This document shows positions 24,448 through 33,197 of a stretch of DNA of 45,482 bases, one piece after another (the first letter of the stretch is position 1; each line of letters starts with the position of its first letter). Under the pieces are notes generated by a model, which saw only the letters and a program-made list of their open reading frames with translations, had not been told where the DNA came from and ran no database searches. This DNA comes from Anaerolineae bacterium. GTDB taxonomy: Bacteria > Chloroflexota > Anaerolineae > Fen-1058. Where the stretch lies: assembly GCA_041497495.1 (NCBI GenBank), contig JBGQGR010000001.1, positions 1 to 45,482 on the forward strand, written 5' to 3'. Both the position numbers and the translations under genes were made by a program.

Positions 24448-26439
24448 CTATGGCCCCACCGCATTCGGGCCGCCCAACAAAATCGCTCGATCGATCACGG
24501 CCTGCGCGGATTCGATCACTTTCACTCGCTGGCCGGTCGATCGATTGTATACGCCCATTTCGATCAGCAGCTGAACCCGATCGGCTTGAGCTGGCAACTC
24601 GATCGTTCGCTGATCGATGACAACATCCCCTACCCGCCACAAGCTCGCCGGATAAAAGCCAGCGCCGCTATCACCATCGACCGAAACAACCAACTGATTA
24701 TTCAACAACAAATGAACAAAGAAAGTTTCATCACTGCTTTGCGATTGATCTGCCATCCACAACGTTCTCAACCGCCAATGCCCCTCGTCAAGCACTTCGA
24801 TCGAATGGCCGAGCAGCCGCAGGCCATTCGCAAACTGCGCCTCAGTGAGACTCGACGTTGATTGCTTCGGATCGATCTGCACGCGCAAGTAACCCACATG
24901 CGGCTGCGGATCGAGATCGCCTTGTGCCATCGGCCCCGCCGAGACTTGCAGCGTGAGCGGCCCCGGCAGAGTGGCGAATGATTTTGAAAAATCTTCGTAC
25001 GGCCAGACGAATAATATTGCCGACCGCGCCGGATCGATCGATGCTTGGCCGCCATCGGGAATCGTTTGATAGTCGCCGCTCAGCAAAAACGAAACGCTCG
25101 CCCAATCACGAATGAATCGATCGGCGATGAAGACTTGCCTGTTGGACAAGAGGTCATCTTGCGCGACTCTGGCTAATTCTGTGCCTGCCACTTCAAACGC
25201 ATTCGCCGTTTCAGGATCGATCGCATATTGACTGTAATCGCGCACGGTCAACACGCCTGCCATGATGATCACCGCACTCATCATACCGAGGCCGATCAGT
25301 CTCGATCGCGTTTCGATCCATCTGCCGACCAGATCGAGTCCAATCGCCGGAATGATCATCACTACCGGCAAGATGCCAACGACGCGCAAGAAGTGCGGCG
25401 AGTCTTCGGCTAAGATCGTGGGCAGCAGCATCACCGCGACCCATAAGAGCGTGAAGAGTGATGATAGCTTATTTACCGCTGAGGGCGCGGAGAAAATTTT
25501 CTTAGAACTCAGCGAACTCCGCGTGCTTTGCGGTAGGATGGCTACAACTAAGCAAATCAATCCGACTACAAAAAAGATCGCCGAGATCGGATCGAAGACC
25601 GGCCGATAAGGCACGTTGTGGCGCGGGATGCGATCGCCCTGCCAGAAGAACATGCCCAACGCTTTGAGCGTGCTGCTCACTGCCGTGCCGACAAAATCGC
25701 CGTGATTGATGCCGCTGCTGAAGATCGATATTTCGCCGGGGCGGCCCATGACCACGTCCCACTCATTTGCCGCCGTGATCGCCAACGGCGCAATCACCAA
25801 GGCCGCCGCCGCGATAAAGAGCAGCACGTTCGGCCATAAGCGGCGGGAACGTTGAGCCGCGATCAAAACCATCGAGAAAGCAAGCAAAGCCGCGGGCGTA
25901 AATCGAGCAGCCAGATAGGTGTAAAATGAAGCGCCGTACACCAGGCCGGCGATAATCCAAGCGCGCCGCCGGTTCGATCGATACGCGCGCATGCCCAGCG
26001 CGATGAACAGTGCAATGAACAGCGGCAGACTGACGGCGCGCAAACCGATGTGGCTGAGATGAATCGGCCAGAGCGTCACCGTCATGATCGCCGCGCTCAG
26101 AAAGCCGACGCGTCGATTGAAAAGTTCGCGCGCCAGCCAATAAGTGGCCGGGATTGTTAAAGTGCCAATCAGCGCCGCAGGCAAGCGCAGCGCGATCACG
26201 CTGCGACCAAACAAGCTGACGCTCAACGAAACCAAATAAATGAAAAACGGTTCGCGCCCGTTGTTGGCCGCAAAGTACCACGGATGATCGCCGCCCAGCA
26301 CGCGCAGCGCGTCCAAGCCGTTGAAGGCTTCATCGTGATATAAGCCGGGCGGCCACGCGCCGAGCTGATACAAACGTAAAGCCCCAGCCAAGAGCATCAA
26401 CCCAATGACCGGGGCCCATTCCTTAAAGATGCGTTGCAT
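24448..26439 (-). CDS. GT39 / ArnT-PMT_2-like GT-C membrane glycosyltransferase with one C-terminal repeat module
   Basis: The ORF track extends to 26679, overlapping the divergent gene. The in-frame ATG at 26439 gives MQRIFKEWAPVIGLMLLAG...LYHDEAFNGLDA, the first-loop DE motif typical of ArnT/PMT-like GT-C enzymes. Many TM helices. The C-terminal module is ETFFVHLL...YPASLWRVGDVV...MGVYN..TGQRV. Confidence 0.8.
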   Translation of the reverse strand: MQRIFKEWAPVIGLMLLAGALRLYQLGAWPPGLYHDEAFNGLDALRVLGGDHPWYFAANNGREPFFIYLVSLSVSLFGRSVIALRLPAALIGTLTIPATYWLARELFNRRVGFLSAAIMTVTLWPIHLSHIGLRAVSLPLFIALFIALGMRAYRSNRRRAWIIAGLVYGASFYTYLAARFTPAALLAFSMVLIAAQRSRRLWPNVLLFIAAAALVIAPLAITAANEWDVVMGRPGEISIFSSGINHGDFVGTAVSSTLKALGMFFWQGDRIPRHNVPYRPVFDPISAIFFVVGLICLVVAILPQSTRSSLSSKKIFSAPSAVNKLSSLFTLLWVAVMLLPTILAEDSPHFLRVVGILPVVMIIPAIGLDLVGRWIETRSRLIGLGMMSAVIIMAGVLTVRDYSQYAIDPETANAFEVAGTELARVAQDDLLSNRQVFIADRFIRDWASVSFLLSGDYQTIPDGGQASIDPARSAILFVWPYEDFSKSFATLPGPLTLQVSAGPMAQGDLDPQPHVGYLRVQIDPKQSTSSLTEAQFANGLRLLGHSIEVLDEGHWRLRTLWMADQSQSSDETFFVHLLLNNQLVVSVDGDSGAGFYPASLWRVGDVVIDQRTIELPAQADRVQLLIEMGVYNRSTGQRVKVIESAQAVIDRAILLGGPNAVGP

Positions 26440-26535
26440 ATTTCGATTTTCGATTAATGTAGGGGCGAGCTGATCACTCCATTTGCCAAAGCGGGAAAAG
26501 TATAACACAATAGGCGCGCGCGGCAAAGCCGCGCT

Positions 26536-26618
26536 GACTACGGACGACCGACCATAGACCGCAGTTCGTTCAATTACACTCATGATCAACCGTGGTCCGT
26601 GGTCCCCGGTCTGCGGTC
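26536..26618. repeat. Two inverted heptamer arrays (GACNNNN units) flanking a 27-nt spacer in the divergent promoter region
   Basis: Left: GACTACG GACGACC GACCATA GACCGCA (26536-26563). Right: CGTGGTC CGTGGTC CCCGGTC TGCGGTC (26591-26618), which is the reverse complement of GACCGCA GACCGGG GACCACG GACCACG. Confidence 0.7.
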
Positions 26619-26626
26619 GGAATACT

Positions 26627-27724
26627 ATGAAAGTTGCCATCCTCTCCAAAGCCTTAATCGTCAGCGCGTATCGCAGCAAACTCGATCAACTGGCCGCGCT
26701 GCCGGATATTGAAGTGATCGCCATCGTGCCGCCGGAGTGGCGCGATGAGCGCGGCGTCATGCGCTTGGAACATTCGCTCGACAACGCGTATGAATTGATC
26801 GTCACGCCGATCGCGTTCAACGGCAGTTTTCATCTGCATTTTTATCCGCAGATCGATCGGCTGCTCCGGCGAATTCGGCCCGACATCCTGCACATCGACG
26901 AAGAGCCTTATAACCTTGCGACTTTCCTCGCGCTGCGATCAGCCCGGCGGGTTCGGGCGCGCACGTTATTCTTTAGCTGGCAGAACCTCAATCGATCTTA
27001 TCCGTTTCCGTTCAATCGCATCGAACGCTACGTGCTGAACCACATCGATGCCTGCATCGCAGGCAATCATGACGCGCAGACGGTGTGGCGCGCCAAAGGC
27101 TATCGCGGCCCGATCGAGATTATTCCGCAGTTCGGCGTCGATCCGGAGATGTTCGCACCTGCCTCGCGCAGCAGCGCTGGAACATTCGTCATCGGCTATG
27201 TGGGCCGCTTCGTTCAAGAAAAAGGGATCGATATTTTATTGCAGGCTCTTTCAACGTTGACGGGCAACTGGCGTGCCGATCTATTAGGCAGCGGCCCGGA
27301 TCAAACCCGGTTGATCGATCTGGCCGAACGCCTGCACATCGACGATCGTGTTCGATGCCTGCCCTGGATTCCATCCACCCACCTGCCGGCTTACTATCAT
27401 TCACTTGATTGCTTAGTCTTGCCCTCGCGCACCAAATCAAACTGGAAGGAACAATTCGGTCGAGCGTTAGTGGAAGCGATGGCCTGCGGTGTGCCGGTGA
27501 TCGGATCGAATTGCGGCGAGATTCCGAATGTCATCGGCCACGCAGGGCTGATCTTTCCCGAAGGGAATGTCGATGCGTTGCGCCAGCAGTTGATCGACTT
27601 GCAAGAGAATCCGTCGATGCGTGCTGATCTTTCGAAGCGCGGTCGGCAGCGAGCGCTGGATCAATTTACGCAGGCAGAGATTGCGCGTCGAACGTACGGC
27701 GTGTATCAAAGGATGAGAGGATGA
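26627..27724 (+). CDS. GT4-family (Glycos_transf_1) glycosyltransferase
   Basis: I prefer ATG 26627 (MKVAILSK...) to the track start at 26582. The C-terminal signature is PSR...EQFGRALVEAMACGVPVIGSNCGEIPNVI. Confidence 0.85.
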   Translation: MKVAILSKALIVSAYRSKLDQLAALPDIEVIAIVPPEWRDERGVMRLEHSLDNAYELIVTPIAFNGSFHLHFYPQIDRLLRRIRPDILHIDEEPYNLATFLALRSARRVRARTLFFSWQNLNRSYPFPFNRIERYVLNHIDACIAGNHDAQTVWRAKGYRGPIEIIPQFGVDPEMFAPASRSSAGTFVIGYVGRFVQEKGIDILLQALSTLTGNWRADLLGSGPDQTRLIDLAERLHIDDRVRCLPWIPSTHLPAYYHSLDCLVLPSRTKSNWKEQFGRALVEAMACGVPVIGSNCGEIPNVIGHAGLIFPEGNVDALRQQLIDLQENPSMRADLSKRGRQRALDQFTQAEIARRTYGVYQRMRG

Positions 27725-27805
27725 AGCAGGCTGCAGGCTGCAAGTTGCATAACACATGATGCGTTACTCACACCTGCACTGTAACGCACGCAGTGCGGTG
27801 CAAGT

Positions 27806-27903
27806 GTTACTCGTTACTCATCACATTTCATTCACCACTTATCACTTGTCACTCATCATTTGTCATTGTTCATTGTTCATTGCTCATTGCTGATTGTCCA
27901 ATT
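27806..27903. repeat. Tandem heptanucleotide array (about 14 units: GTTACTC x2 ... GTCACTC ATCATTT GTCATTG TTCATTG x2 CTCATTG CTGATTG)
   Basis: 7-nt periodicity read directly. Like the array at 3430..3530, it ends in ...ATTATAATCG. Confidence 0.8.
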
Positions 27904-27908
27904 ATAAT
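27903..27908 (+). promoter_or_regulatory. Candidate -10 box (TATAAT) at the 3' end of the heptamer array, 6 nt before ATG 27915
   Basis: Perfect TATAAT. The short distance to the ATG would imply a leaderless or near-leaderless mRNA if this box is used. I saw no -35. Confidence 0.3.
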
Positions 27909-27914
27909 CGCCGC

Positions 27915-29054
27915 ATGATTGATCAACCGCCGCGCATTGCGATCAACGCACATCTGCTTCACGGCCACGGCGGCTATCGCAGCGCCGGGATCCACACCTA
28001 TACGGAACAAGTGCTGCGCCATCTACCGCAAGCCGATCCCGATCTGCGTTATACGGTTTTCACCACACACCCGCCCAACGATCTCGATCCGGCGATTGAA
28101 GTACAGGCTTCACGCTGGAACACGGAAAGACCGGCACTACGAATTCTGTGGGAGCAGATCGTTCAGCCCAGAGCAGCCCGTCGAGTCAAAGCGGCTGTGC
28201 TGCACGACACGGCTTTCGTGGGGCCGATCGTTCGACCTTGCCCGATCGTGCTGACAATTTACGATCTGAGTTTTGCGCTGTATCCTCAATTTTTTCGCGG
28301 CGTGAAGCAAACATACTTGCGGCTCGGCACGCGCTATTCGGCAAAGCGCGCCCAGCGCATCATCGCCATTTCAGACAACACACGGCGCGACATCGCGCGG
28401 CTTTACAATGTGCCGATCGATCGGATCGATCTCGCTTATCCGGGTGTCGATGAAACGATCGGACGCCAATCGGCCGTTGAGGTCGAACGCTTTCGTAGTG
28501 AAAAGAGTTTGCCGAATAAGTTTCTGTTGTTTCTGGGAACTTTAGAGCCGCGGAAGAATCTGCCCACGTTGATCCGCGCCTTCGCGCACATGAAGATCGA
28601 GTGCCCCGATGCCAAATTAGTTTTGGCCGGCGGCCTTGGTTGGCTGACGGCTGAAATTTTTGACACAGTAAAATTAGCGGGCGTCGAAGATCGAGTCATC
28701 TTGCCGGGGTTCGTCGCCTCGGCAGAAAAAACGTTGTGGTATTCCGCCGCGACGGCGTTTGTGTATCCATCGATCTACGAAGGCTTTGGCCTGCCGCCGC
28801 TTGAAGCCATGGCTTGCGGCACTCCGATCATTGTTTCAAATGCAGCTTCGTTGCCGGAAGTCGTGGGGGACGCAGGCATCTCGATCGATCCGCAAGACGT
28901 GAATAGTTGGGCCGCGGCGATGACACGCGTGTGGGGTGATGAAGCCTATCGGACCGAGTTGGCCAATCGGGGTTTAGCTCAAGCCCAAAAATTTAGATGG
29001 ATCGAAACGGCGCGCGCCACGACATCAAGTTATCGTCGAGCGCTGGAAAAGTAA
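27915..29054 (+). CDS. GT4-family (Glycos_transf_1) glycosyltransferase
   Basis: I prefer ATG 27915 ([15 protein letters not shown]...) to TTG 27894, which lies inside the repeat array. Signature [37 protein letters not shown]. Confidence 0.85.
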   Translation: MIDQPPRIAINAHLLHGHGGYRSAGIHTYTEQVLRHLPQADPDLRYTVFTTHPPNDLDPAIEVQASRWNTERPALRILWEQIVQPRAARRVKAAVLHDTAFVGPIVRPCPIVLTIYDLSFALYPQFFRGVKQTYLRLGTRYSAKRAQRIIAISDNTRRDIARLYNVPIDRIDLAYPGVDETIGRQSAVEVERFRSEKSLPNKFLLFLGTLEPRKNLPTLIRAFAHMKIECPDAKLVLAGGLGWLTAEIFDTVKLAGVEDRVILPGFVASAEKTLWYSAATAFVYPSIYEGFGLPPLEAMACGTPIIVSNAASLPEVVGDAGISIDPQDVNSWAAAMTRVWGDEAYRTELANRGLAQAQKFRWIETARATTSSYRRALEK

Positions 29055-29055
29055 C

Positions 29056-29367
29056 GTGGATGGCGGCAATCGCAAACGTATAGTGCTACTGCTGATACTG
29101 GCGCTGCCCGCTGTTATTTATATCATCATCGCCCAACGGCAGATCGAAATCACGGGTGAGAATCGCATCGATGGTATCATCGGTGTGATGCTGGGCTTGT
29201 ATATTTGTTCGCTGGCCGCCGCCGATTTGCTGGATATGCTGTTCGCACGCTGGCCGCGTCTGTCAAAACTAACACAGCTTCAATGGCTGGCGTTGAATGC
29301 GGCGTTCTTGCTGCTGGGCATCGCGGTGATTATTATGGGCACGACGCGTTTCACGGCGACAAGCTGA
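29056..29367 (+). CDS. Small (103-aa) three-TM membrane protein of unknown function
   Basis: The GTG start lies 1 nt after the upstream stop, suggesting translational coupling. Three hydrophobic helices. I recognised no motif. Confidence 0.55.
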   Translation: MDGGNRKRIVLLLILALPAVIYIIIAQRQIEITGENRIDGIIGVMLGLYICSLAAADLLDMLFARWPRLSKLTQLQWLALNAAFLLLGIAVIIMGTTRFTATS

Positions 29368-29402
29368 ATTGCTCATGGCTGATGGTCAATGGCTAATTGC
29401 TT
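29368..29402. repeat. Short heptanucleotide array (ATTGCTC ATGGCTG ATGGTCA ATGGCTA ATTGCTT)
   Basis: Five 7-nt units read directly, ending at ATG 29403. Confidence 0.65.
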
Positions 29403-30830
29403 ATGAAACCTAAGTATCCGCGCTGGCTCATGTGGAGTGTGGTGATCGGCGACAGTGTGCTGATCAACGTGGCGTTTCTGCTGGCTTATACGCTGCGCTA
29501 TGACGTGCAGCTACTTCGCCCGGTAGAACCGATCTTTGATAATCCGCCGACGGTGTACATTCCATTTGCTATTCTGCTAACCGGTTTGTTGTTGATCACA
29601 TTCAAGATCGACGGCGTGTATCAATCGCACCGACTGGGTTTGTGGCTGGAGCAGATGTATGCGATTGTGCGCGGGACGACGTTGGGCATTCTGCTGATGG
29701 TCGGCATCACGTTCTTTTATCAGCCCACTTTTTATTCCCGATTGATCTTCGTGTACGACAGCGTGCTGATCGTCGTGCTGCTGGGCGTCGGTCGATTGGT
29801 CTGGGGCTTCATCCTCGCTCAGCTGCGGCGGCGCGGCATCGGCGTGGTGCGCGTGCTGATCGTTGGCGCAGACGAAGTAGGCCGCACGGTGATTCGCACC
29901 GTGATGGCTCAGCCGGAGTTAGGTTATCGTATTGTGGGCTTAATCAGCGATCAATTCGATACGAATACGTTGAACATCGGGCCGATTCCCATGTTGGGCG
30001 GCTTGGAAAAAATACCGCAAGCGATCAGCGATCAACATATCGACGAAGTGGTGATTGCACTGCCGTGGACTGATCAACAGCGCGTGCTGGAAGTGTTTCA
30101 AACGTGTGATCGCTTGGGTGTGCGCGCCCGCACGGTGCCGGATATTTTTCAATTGAGTTTGAACCGCGTCGATGTGGAAGATTTGGGTGGCGTGCCGCTG
30201 TTGGGCTTGAAGTCGGCCTCGTTTCGCGGCACGAATCTGCTGGTGAAACGCCTGATAGATTTGATCGTCGGCGGCCTCATCTCATTGATCGCGCTGCCGT
30301 TCGTGCTAATCCTGGCGATCGCGATTCGGATCAATTCACCCGGTTCGATCATCTTCAAACAAAAGCGCGTGGGCATGCGCAGCAAAGAATTCACTATTTA
30401 TAAATTTCGCACCATGCGCGCGGGTGCGGAAGAAGAACAGGAACGCCTCTTGGTCTACAATGAATTTACCGGCCCGCTGTTCAAGATGAAAGACGATCCG
30501 CGCATCACGCGCGTCGGACGCTTCCTGCGCAAGACCAGTTTGGACGAGCTGCCACAGTTGTTCAACGTCTTGAAAGGCGACATGAGTCTGGTCGGGCCGC
30601 GCCCCCACATCGCTTCGGAAGTTGCGCAATATCAGGACTGGCAGAAGCAAGTGCTCGAAGCGCCGCCGGGCATGGCCGGACTTTCGCAAGTCTCCGGCCG
30701 CAGTCAACTCAGTTTCGATGAGCAGTGTCTGCTCGACATCTACTACATCGAGAATTGGTCGCCCGCGTTGGATATCAAGATTTTGCTGCGGACGATTCCG
30801 AAGGTGTTATCGGGTGAAGGGGCGTATTGA
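29403..30830 (+). CDS. Polyprenyl-phosphate sugar-phosphate transferase (WbaP / bacterial sugar transferase family), initiating enzyme
   Basis: N-terminal TM helices, a central nucleotide-binding-like domain ([12 protein letters not shown]) and a C-terminal Bac_transf signature KRLIDL......L.....[21 protein letters not shown]...F.IYKFRTM...[38 protein letters not shown]. An alternative TTG start lies at 29397. Confidence 0.9.
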   Translation: MKPKYPRWLMWSVVIGDSVLINVAFLLAYTLRYDVQLLRPVEPIFDNPPTVYIPFAILLTGLLLITFKIDGVYQSHRLGLWLEQMYAIVRGTTLGILLMVGITFFYQPTFYSRLIFVYDSVLIVVLLGVGRLVWGFILAQLRRRGIGVVRVLIVGADEVGRTVIRTVMAQPELGYRIVGLISDQFDTNTLNIGPIPMLGGLEKIPQAISDQHIDEVVIALPWTDQQRVLEVFQTCDRLGVRARTVPDIFQLSLNRVDVEDLGGVPLLGLKSASFRGTNLLVKRLIDLIVGGLISLIALPFVLILAIAIRINSPGSIIFKQKRVGMRSKEFTIYKFRTMRAGAEEEQERLLVYNEFTGPLFKMKDDPRITRVGRFLRKTSLDELPQLFNVLKGDMSLVGPRPHIASEVAQYQDWQKQVLEAPPGMAGLSQVSGRSQLSFDEQCLLDIYYIENWSPALDIKILLRTIPKVLSGEGAY

Positions 30831-30882
30831 AAAGGATGAAGTCAGAATCCCACTCCGCTGCGCTACGGGGGCGCTTCGCGGG

Positions 30883-31926
30883 ATGAAGGCTGAATTAGAC
30901 GAATGGGCGATTGCGCGTGCGCTGGGCCGCGTGGCGAAGTATTTGCCGGATCGATCGAAAGACAAAGCTTTGGTGTTGGCTCGCAACTCGATCGATCCTT
31001 CGGCGCGAATACGAGCGTTGAGCGGCTTGATCAATGTTCTGCCTCCGATACACCAAGCAGCCGCCATACAAGAAGCGCGAACCGCTATACACAGTTTATC
31101 AAACCCGTGGCTGCGCGTGCGCGCGATGCTGATATTAGCCATACGCTTATCGCCCGAAGCGAAAGATCGGATCGTGCGTGAAGCATTCGACACAACACTG
31201 AACATTCCTATCGATTGGGTGCGCGGTCGCGCGCTCAATTTGATCTACGGACATTTGCCTGCCAATCTGCTCGATCGCGCAATCGAGGCCGCCAGCAGGT
31301 TGCAGAATCTGGATATGCGCACTGTGGCTTTGAGCTCGATGTCCAATCGACTAGCCGATCAATTAGTAAGCGAAGTCCTGCGCGATATACCATCGATCGG
31401 TGATGAGAGTCTGCGCGCCGATGCGCTGAAAGACGTGCTGCCGCGTCTGTCGTTCGACCAATTGAAGCCGGCGCGATCGATCGTGGATAATATTCAAGAC
31501 ACTGCTGCGCGCGTCAACGCGTTAAGCGTATTAGCCGGACAGCTGTCCGGCACCGAGCGATCGGCAGCGATCGATGAGGCGTTCAATCTTGCGCGTCACG
31601 CCGACGACGATGCTCGCCGCGCCGATTTATTGATATTGATCGCAGCTCGTCTGCTGACAGGCCTACCGGTTGAACTCGTGAACGAGATCGCCGACGCGAT
31701 CCGCCGGACGATCGAGCCTGAGATTCGTGCTGACTTGTTTGATAAGTTGATCGCAGCGCTGCCGGCCGATCAACAAACGATCGTTTTGCCGGAAGCGTTG
31801 GGCGCCGCGCGATCGATCGAGAAGGCCGCTTCACGCGCTGAAGCGTTGAGCGGCCTGATCGGCTATATATCGATCGATCAGCGCGAAGCTATCGTTCATG
31901 AAGTATTGGCGATGCTTCAGATTTAA
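30883..31926 (+). CDS. Helical repeat (HEAT/ARM-like) protein, about 10 repeats of 31-38 aa
   Basis: The track ORF 30622.. overlaps the upstream gene, and ATG 30883 (MKAELDEW...) is the first non-overlapping start. The recurring unit is x-x-R-x-x-A-L-x-x-L-x-x-x-L (ARIRALSGLINVLP, LRVRAMLILAIRLS, VRGRALNLIYGHLP, LRADALKDVLPRLS, ARVNALSVLAGQLS, SRAEALSGLIGYIS ...). No signal peptide or TM helix. Confidence 0.6.
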   Translation: MKAELDEWAIARALGRVAKYLPDRSKDKALVLARNSIDPSARIRALSGLINVLPPIHQAAAIQEARTAIHSLSNPWLRVRAMLILAIRLSPEAKDRIVREAFDTTLNIPIDWVRGRALNLIYGHLPANLLDRAIEAASRLQNLDMRTVALSSMSNRLADQLVSEVLRDIPSIGDESLRADALKDVLPRLSFDQLKPARSIVDNIQDTAARVNALSVLAGQLSGTERSAAIDEAFNLARHADDDARRADLLILIAARLLTGLPVELVNEIADAIRRTIEPEIRADLFDKLIAALPADQQTIVLPEALGAARSIEKAASRAEALSGLIGYISIDQREAIVHEVLAMLQI

Positions 31927-31946
31927 CTACGTGTATCGACCCAAAC

Positions 31947-31978
31947 AAAAAGCCTCCTCATGATGAGGAGGCTTTTTG
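31947..31978. terminator. Bidirectional rho-independent terminator
   Basis: AAAA-AGCCTCCTCA-TGA-TGAGGAGGCT-TTTTT: a perfect 10-bp GC-rich stem flanked by an A-tract and a T-tract. It lies between the convergent ends of 30883..31926 (+) and rplL (-). Confidence 0.85.
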
Positions 31979-31994
31979 AATGAACAAGTGATTA

Positions 31995-32381
31995 CTACTT
32001 GACTTCGACAGATGCGCCGGCAGCTTCGAGCTTGGCCTTGGCATCGGCAGCGGCTTCCTTGCTGACCGCGGTCAACACTGGATGCGGGGCCGTATCGACC
32101 AATTCCTTGGCTTCCTTCAGGCCCAAGGTGTTGATGAGCTGGCGCACGACTTTGATCGTATCGATCTTCTTCACGCCGCCGTCCTTCAGAATGACATCGA
32201 ATTCAGTCTGCTCTTCGGCGGGCGCGGCCGCGGCCGCGCCACCGGCGGGCATTGCGCCCATCATCATCGGGGCTGCGGCACTGACGCCCCACTTCTCTTG
32301 CAGCTGCTTCGACAGTTCAGCCGCTTCCATTAACGTCAACGCATCCAACTGCGCAACGATTTGATCCAATTTTTCAGACAT
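31995..32381 (-). CDS. rplL: 50S ribosomal protein L7/L12
   Basis: [23 protein letters not shown]...Ala-rich hinge...[25 protein letters not shown]....SKEEA...K..LE.AGA.VEVK. Confidence 0.97.
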   Translation of the reverse strand: MSEKLDQIVAQLDALTLMEAAELSKQLQEKWGVSAAAPMMMGAMPAGGAAAAAPAEEQTEFDVILKDGGVKKIDTIKVVRQLINTLGLKEAKELVDTAPHPVLTAVSKEAAADAKAKLEAAGASVEVK

Positions 32382-32462
32382 CTTGATATTCCTCCATGGA
32401 ATTTCTAATTGATTGATTGATTTTTAAAGAGCGATCGATGAACGCCTCGCTCAGACATTCAC

Positions 32463-32993
32463 TCAAGCCGCAGCTTGAGCTTGCTCCGATCGCGCAGTCA
32501 GCACCTGCACGAGCTCGCGCATCGGCGCGTTCAGCACATTGACCAACTGCGTCATTGGGCCTTGGATCGTCGCGACCAAGCCGCCCAACAAAATCGGACG
32601 TGGCGGCAGATCCGCCAGGGCTTTCACGCCGGCGACATCGATCAACCGCTTGTCCAGCAAGCCGCCTTTCACTTTAAAGGCCTGCATCTCGTTGGAAAAG
32701 TTGACCATCGCTTTAGCGATGACAGCCGGGTCTTGGAAGCAGAAACCCATGATGACGGAACCGGTCAATAACTCTGCCGGCACCGGCAGGCTGGCTGCTT
32801 TGAGCGCGCGCGCCGCCAAAGTATTCTTGACGACATGCAGCTCGCCGTTCGCTTCGTGGATCTTCAATCGCAGCTGGTACAAATCCTTGGTCAACACGCC
32901 CTGATAACTGGCGATGATCACCGCCTGGCTGTGCTTCAACCATTCGGTGTATTCGTTGATCAATTCACTGCGACGTTGTTTAGATACGGGCAC
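32463..32993 (-). CDS. rplJ: 50S ribosomal protein L10
   Basis: L10-like sequence (SKQRRSELINEY...IIASYQG.....L..LR......GELHVVKNTLA). I place the start at GTG 32993 because GGAAGGAGGTGA sits 5 nt upstream. The track start at 33038 has no Shine-Dalgarno. Confidence 0.9.
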   Translation of the reverse strand: MPVSKQRRSELINEYTEWLKHSQAVIIASYQGVLTKDLYQLRLKIHEANGELHVVKNTLAARALKAASLPVPAELLTGSVIMGFCFQDPAVIAKAMVNFSNEMQAFKVKGGLLDKRLIDVAGVKALADLPPRPILLGGLVATIQGPMTQLVNVLNAPMRELVQVLTARSEQAQAAA

Positions 32994-33033
32994 TTGTCTC
33001 ACCTCCTTCCGTCTGATTGTTCCTGAACTATGG

Positions 33034-33071
33034 AACAAAAAAGTCTTTGCCGCAAAACCAAGGCAAAGACT
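33034..33071 (-). terminator. Intrinsic-terminator-like hairpin plus U-tract in the rplJ leader (candidate attenuator)
   Basis: On the minus strand: AGTCTTTGCC-(10 nt)-GGCAAAGACT followed by TTTTTGTT. It lies about 30 nt upstream of the rplJ Shine-Dalgarno. Confidence 0.55.
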
Positions 33072-33197
33072 CAGACGCTGCGGGACACAGTGCCCGTTCA
33101 GATCATCTTGTGGCTTTCACCTCGGCAGGTTCGGATTAAGTCGATCGAATCGATCGACGCCTGCGGTCATTGGCTGCGGCAAGTATTCAGTTGTTCG

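Noticed and set aside
26440-26679. Long N-terminal extensions of the two divergent genes (track starts 26679 on the minus strand and 26582 on the plus strand) that would make them overlap by ~100 nt.
   Set aside because: The extensions have no homology to the respective families and overlap each other and the inverted heptamer arrays. Internal ATGs at 26439 and 26627 give family-typical N-termini.
30622-30882. The upstream 87 codons of track ORF 30622..31926, which overlap the sugar-transferase gene.
   Set aside because: This part lies out of frame within the well-supported Bac_transf C-terminal domain and encodes Arg/Ser/Cys-rich, low-complexity sequence. The repeat protein most likely starts at ATG 30883.
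1-31926. The glycan and surface-protein locus as a mobile genomic island or a phage or defence island.
   Set aside because: I could not recognise any integrase, transposase, recombinase, phage structural gene, toxin-antitoxin, restriction-modification or other defence-type domain. The GC content and CGATCG density look like the rest of the window. The only tRNA is the conserved tRNA-Trp inside the ribosomal cluster.
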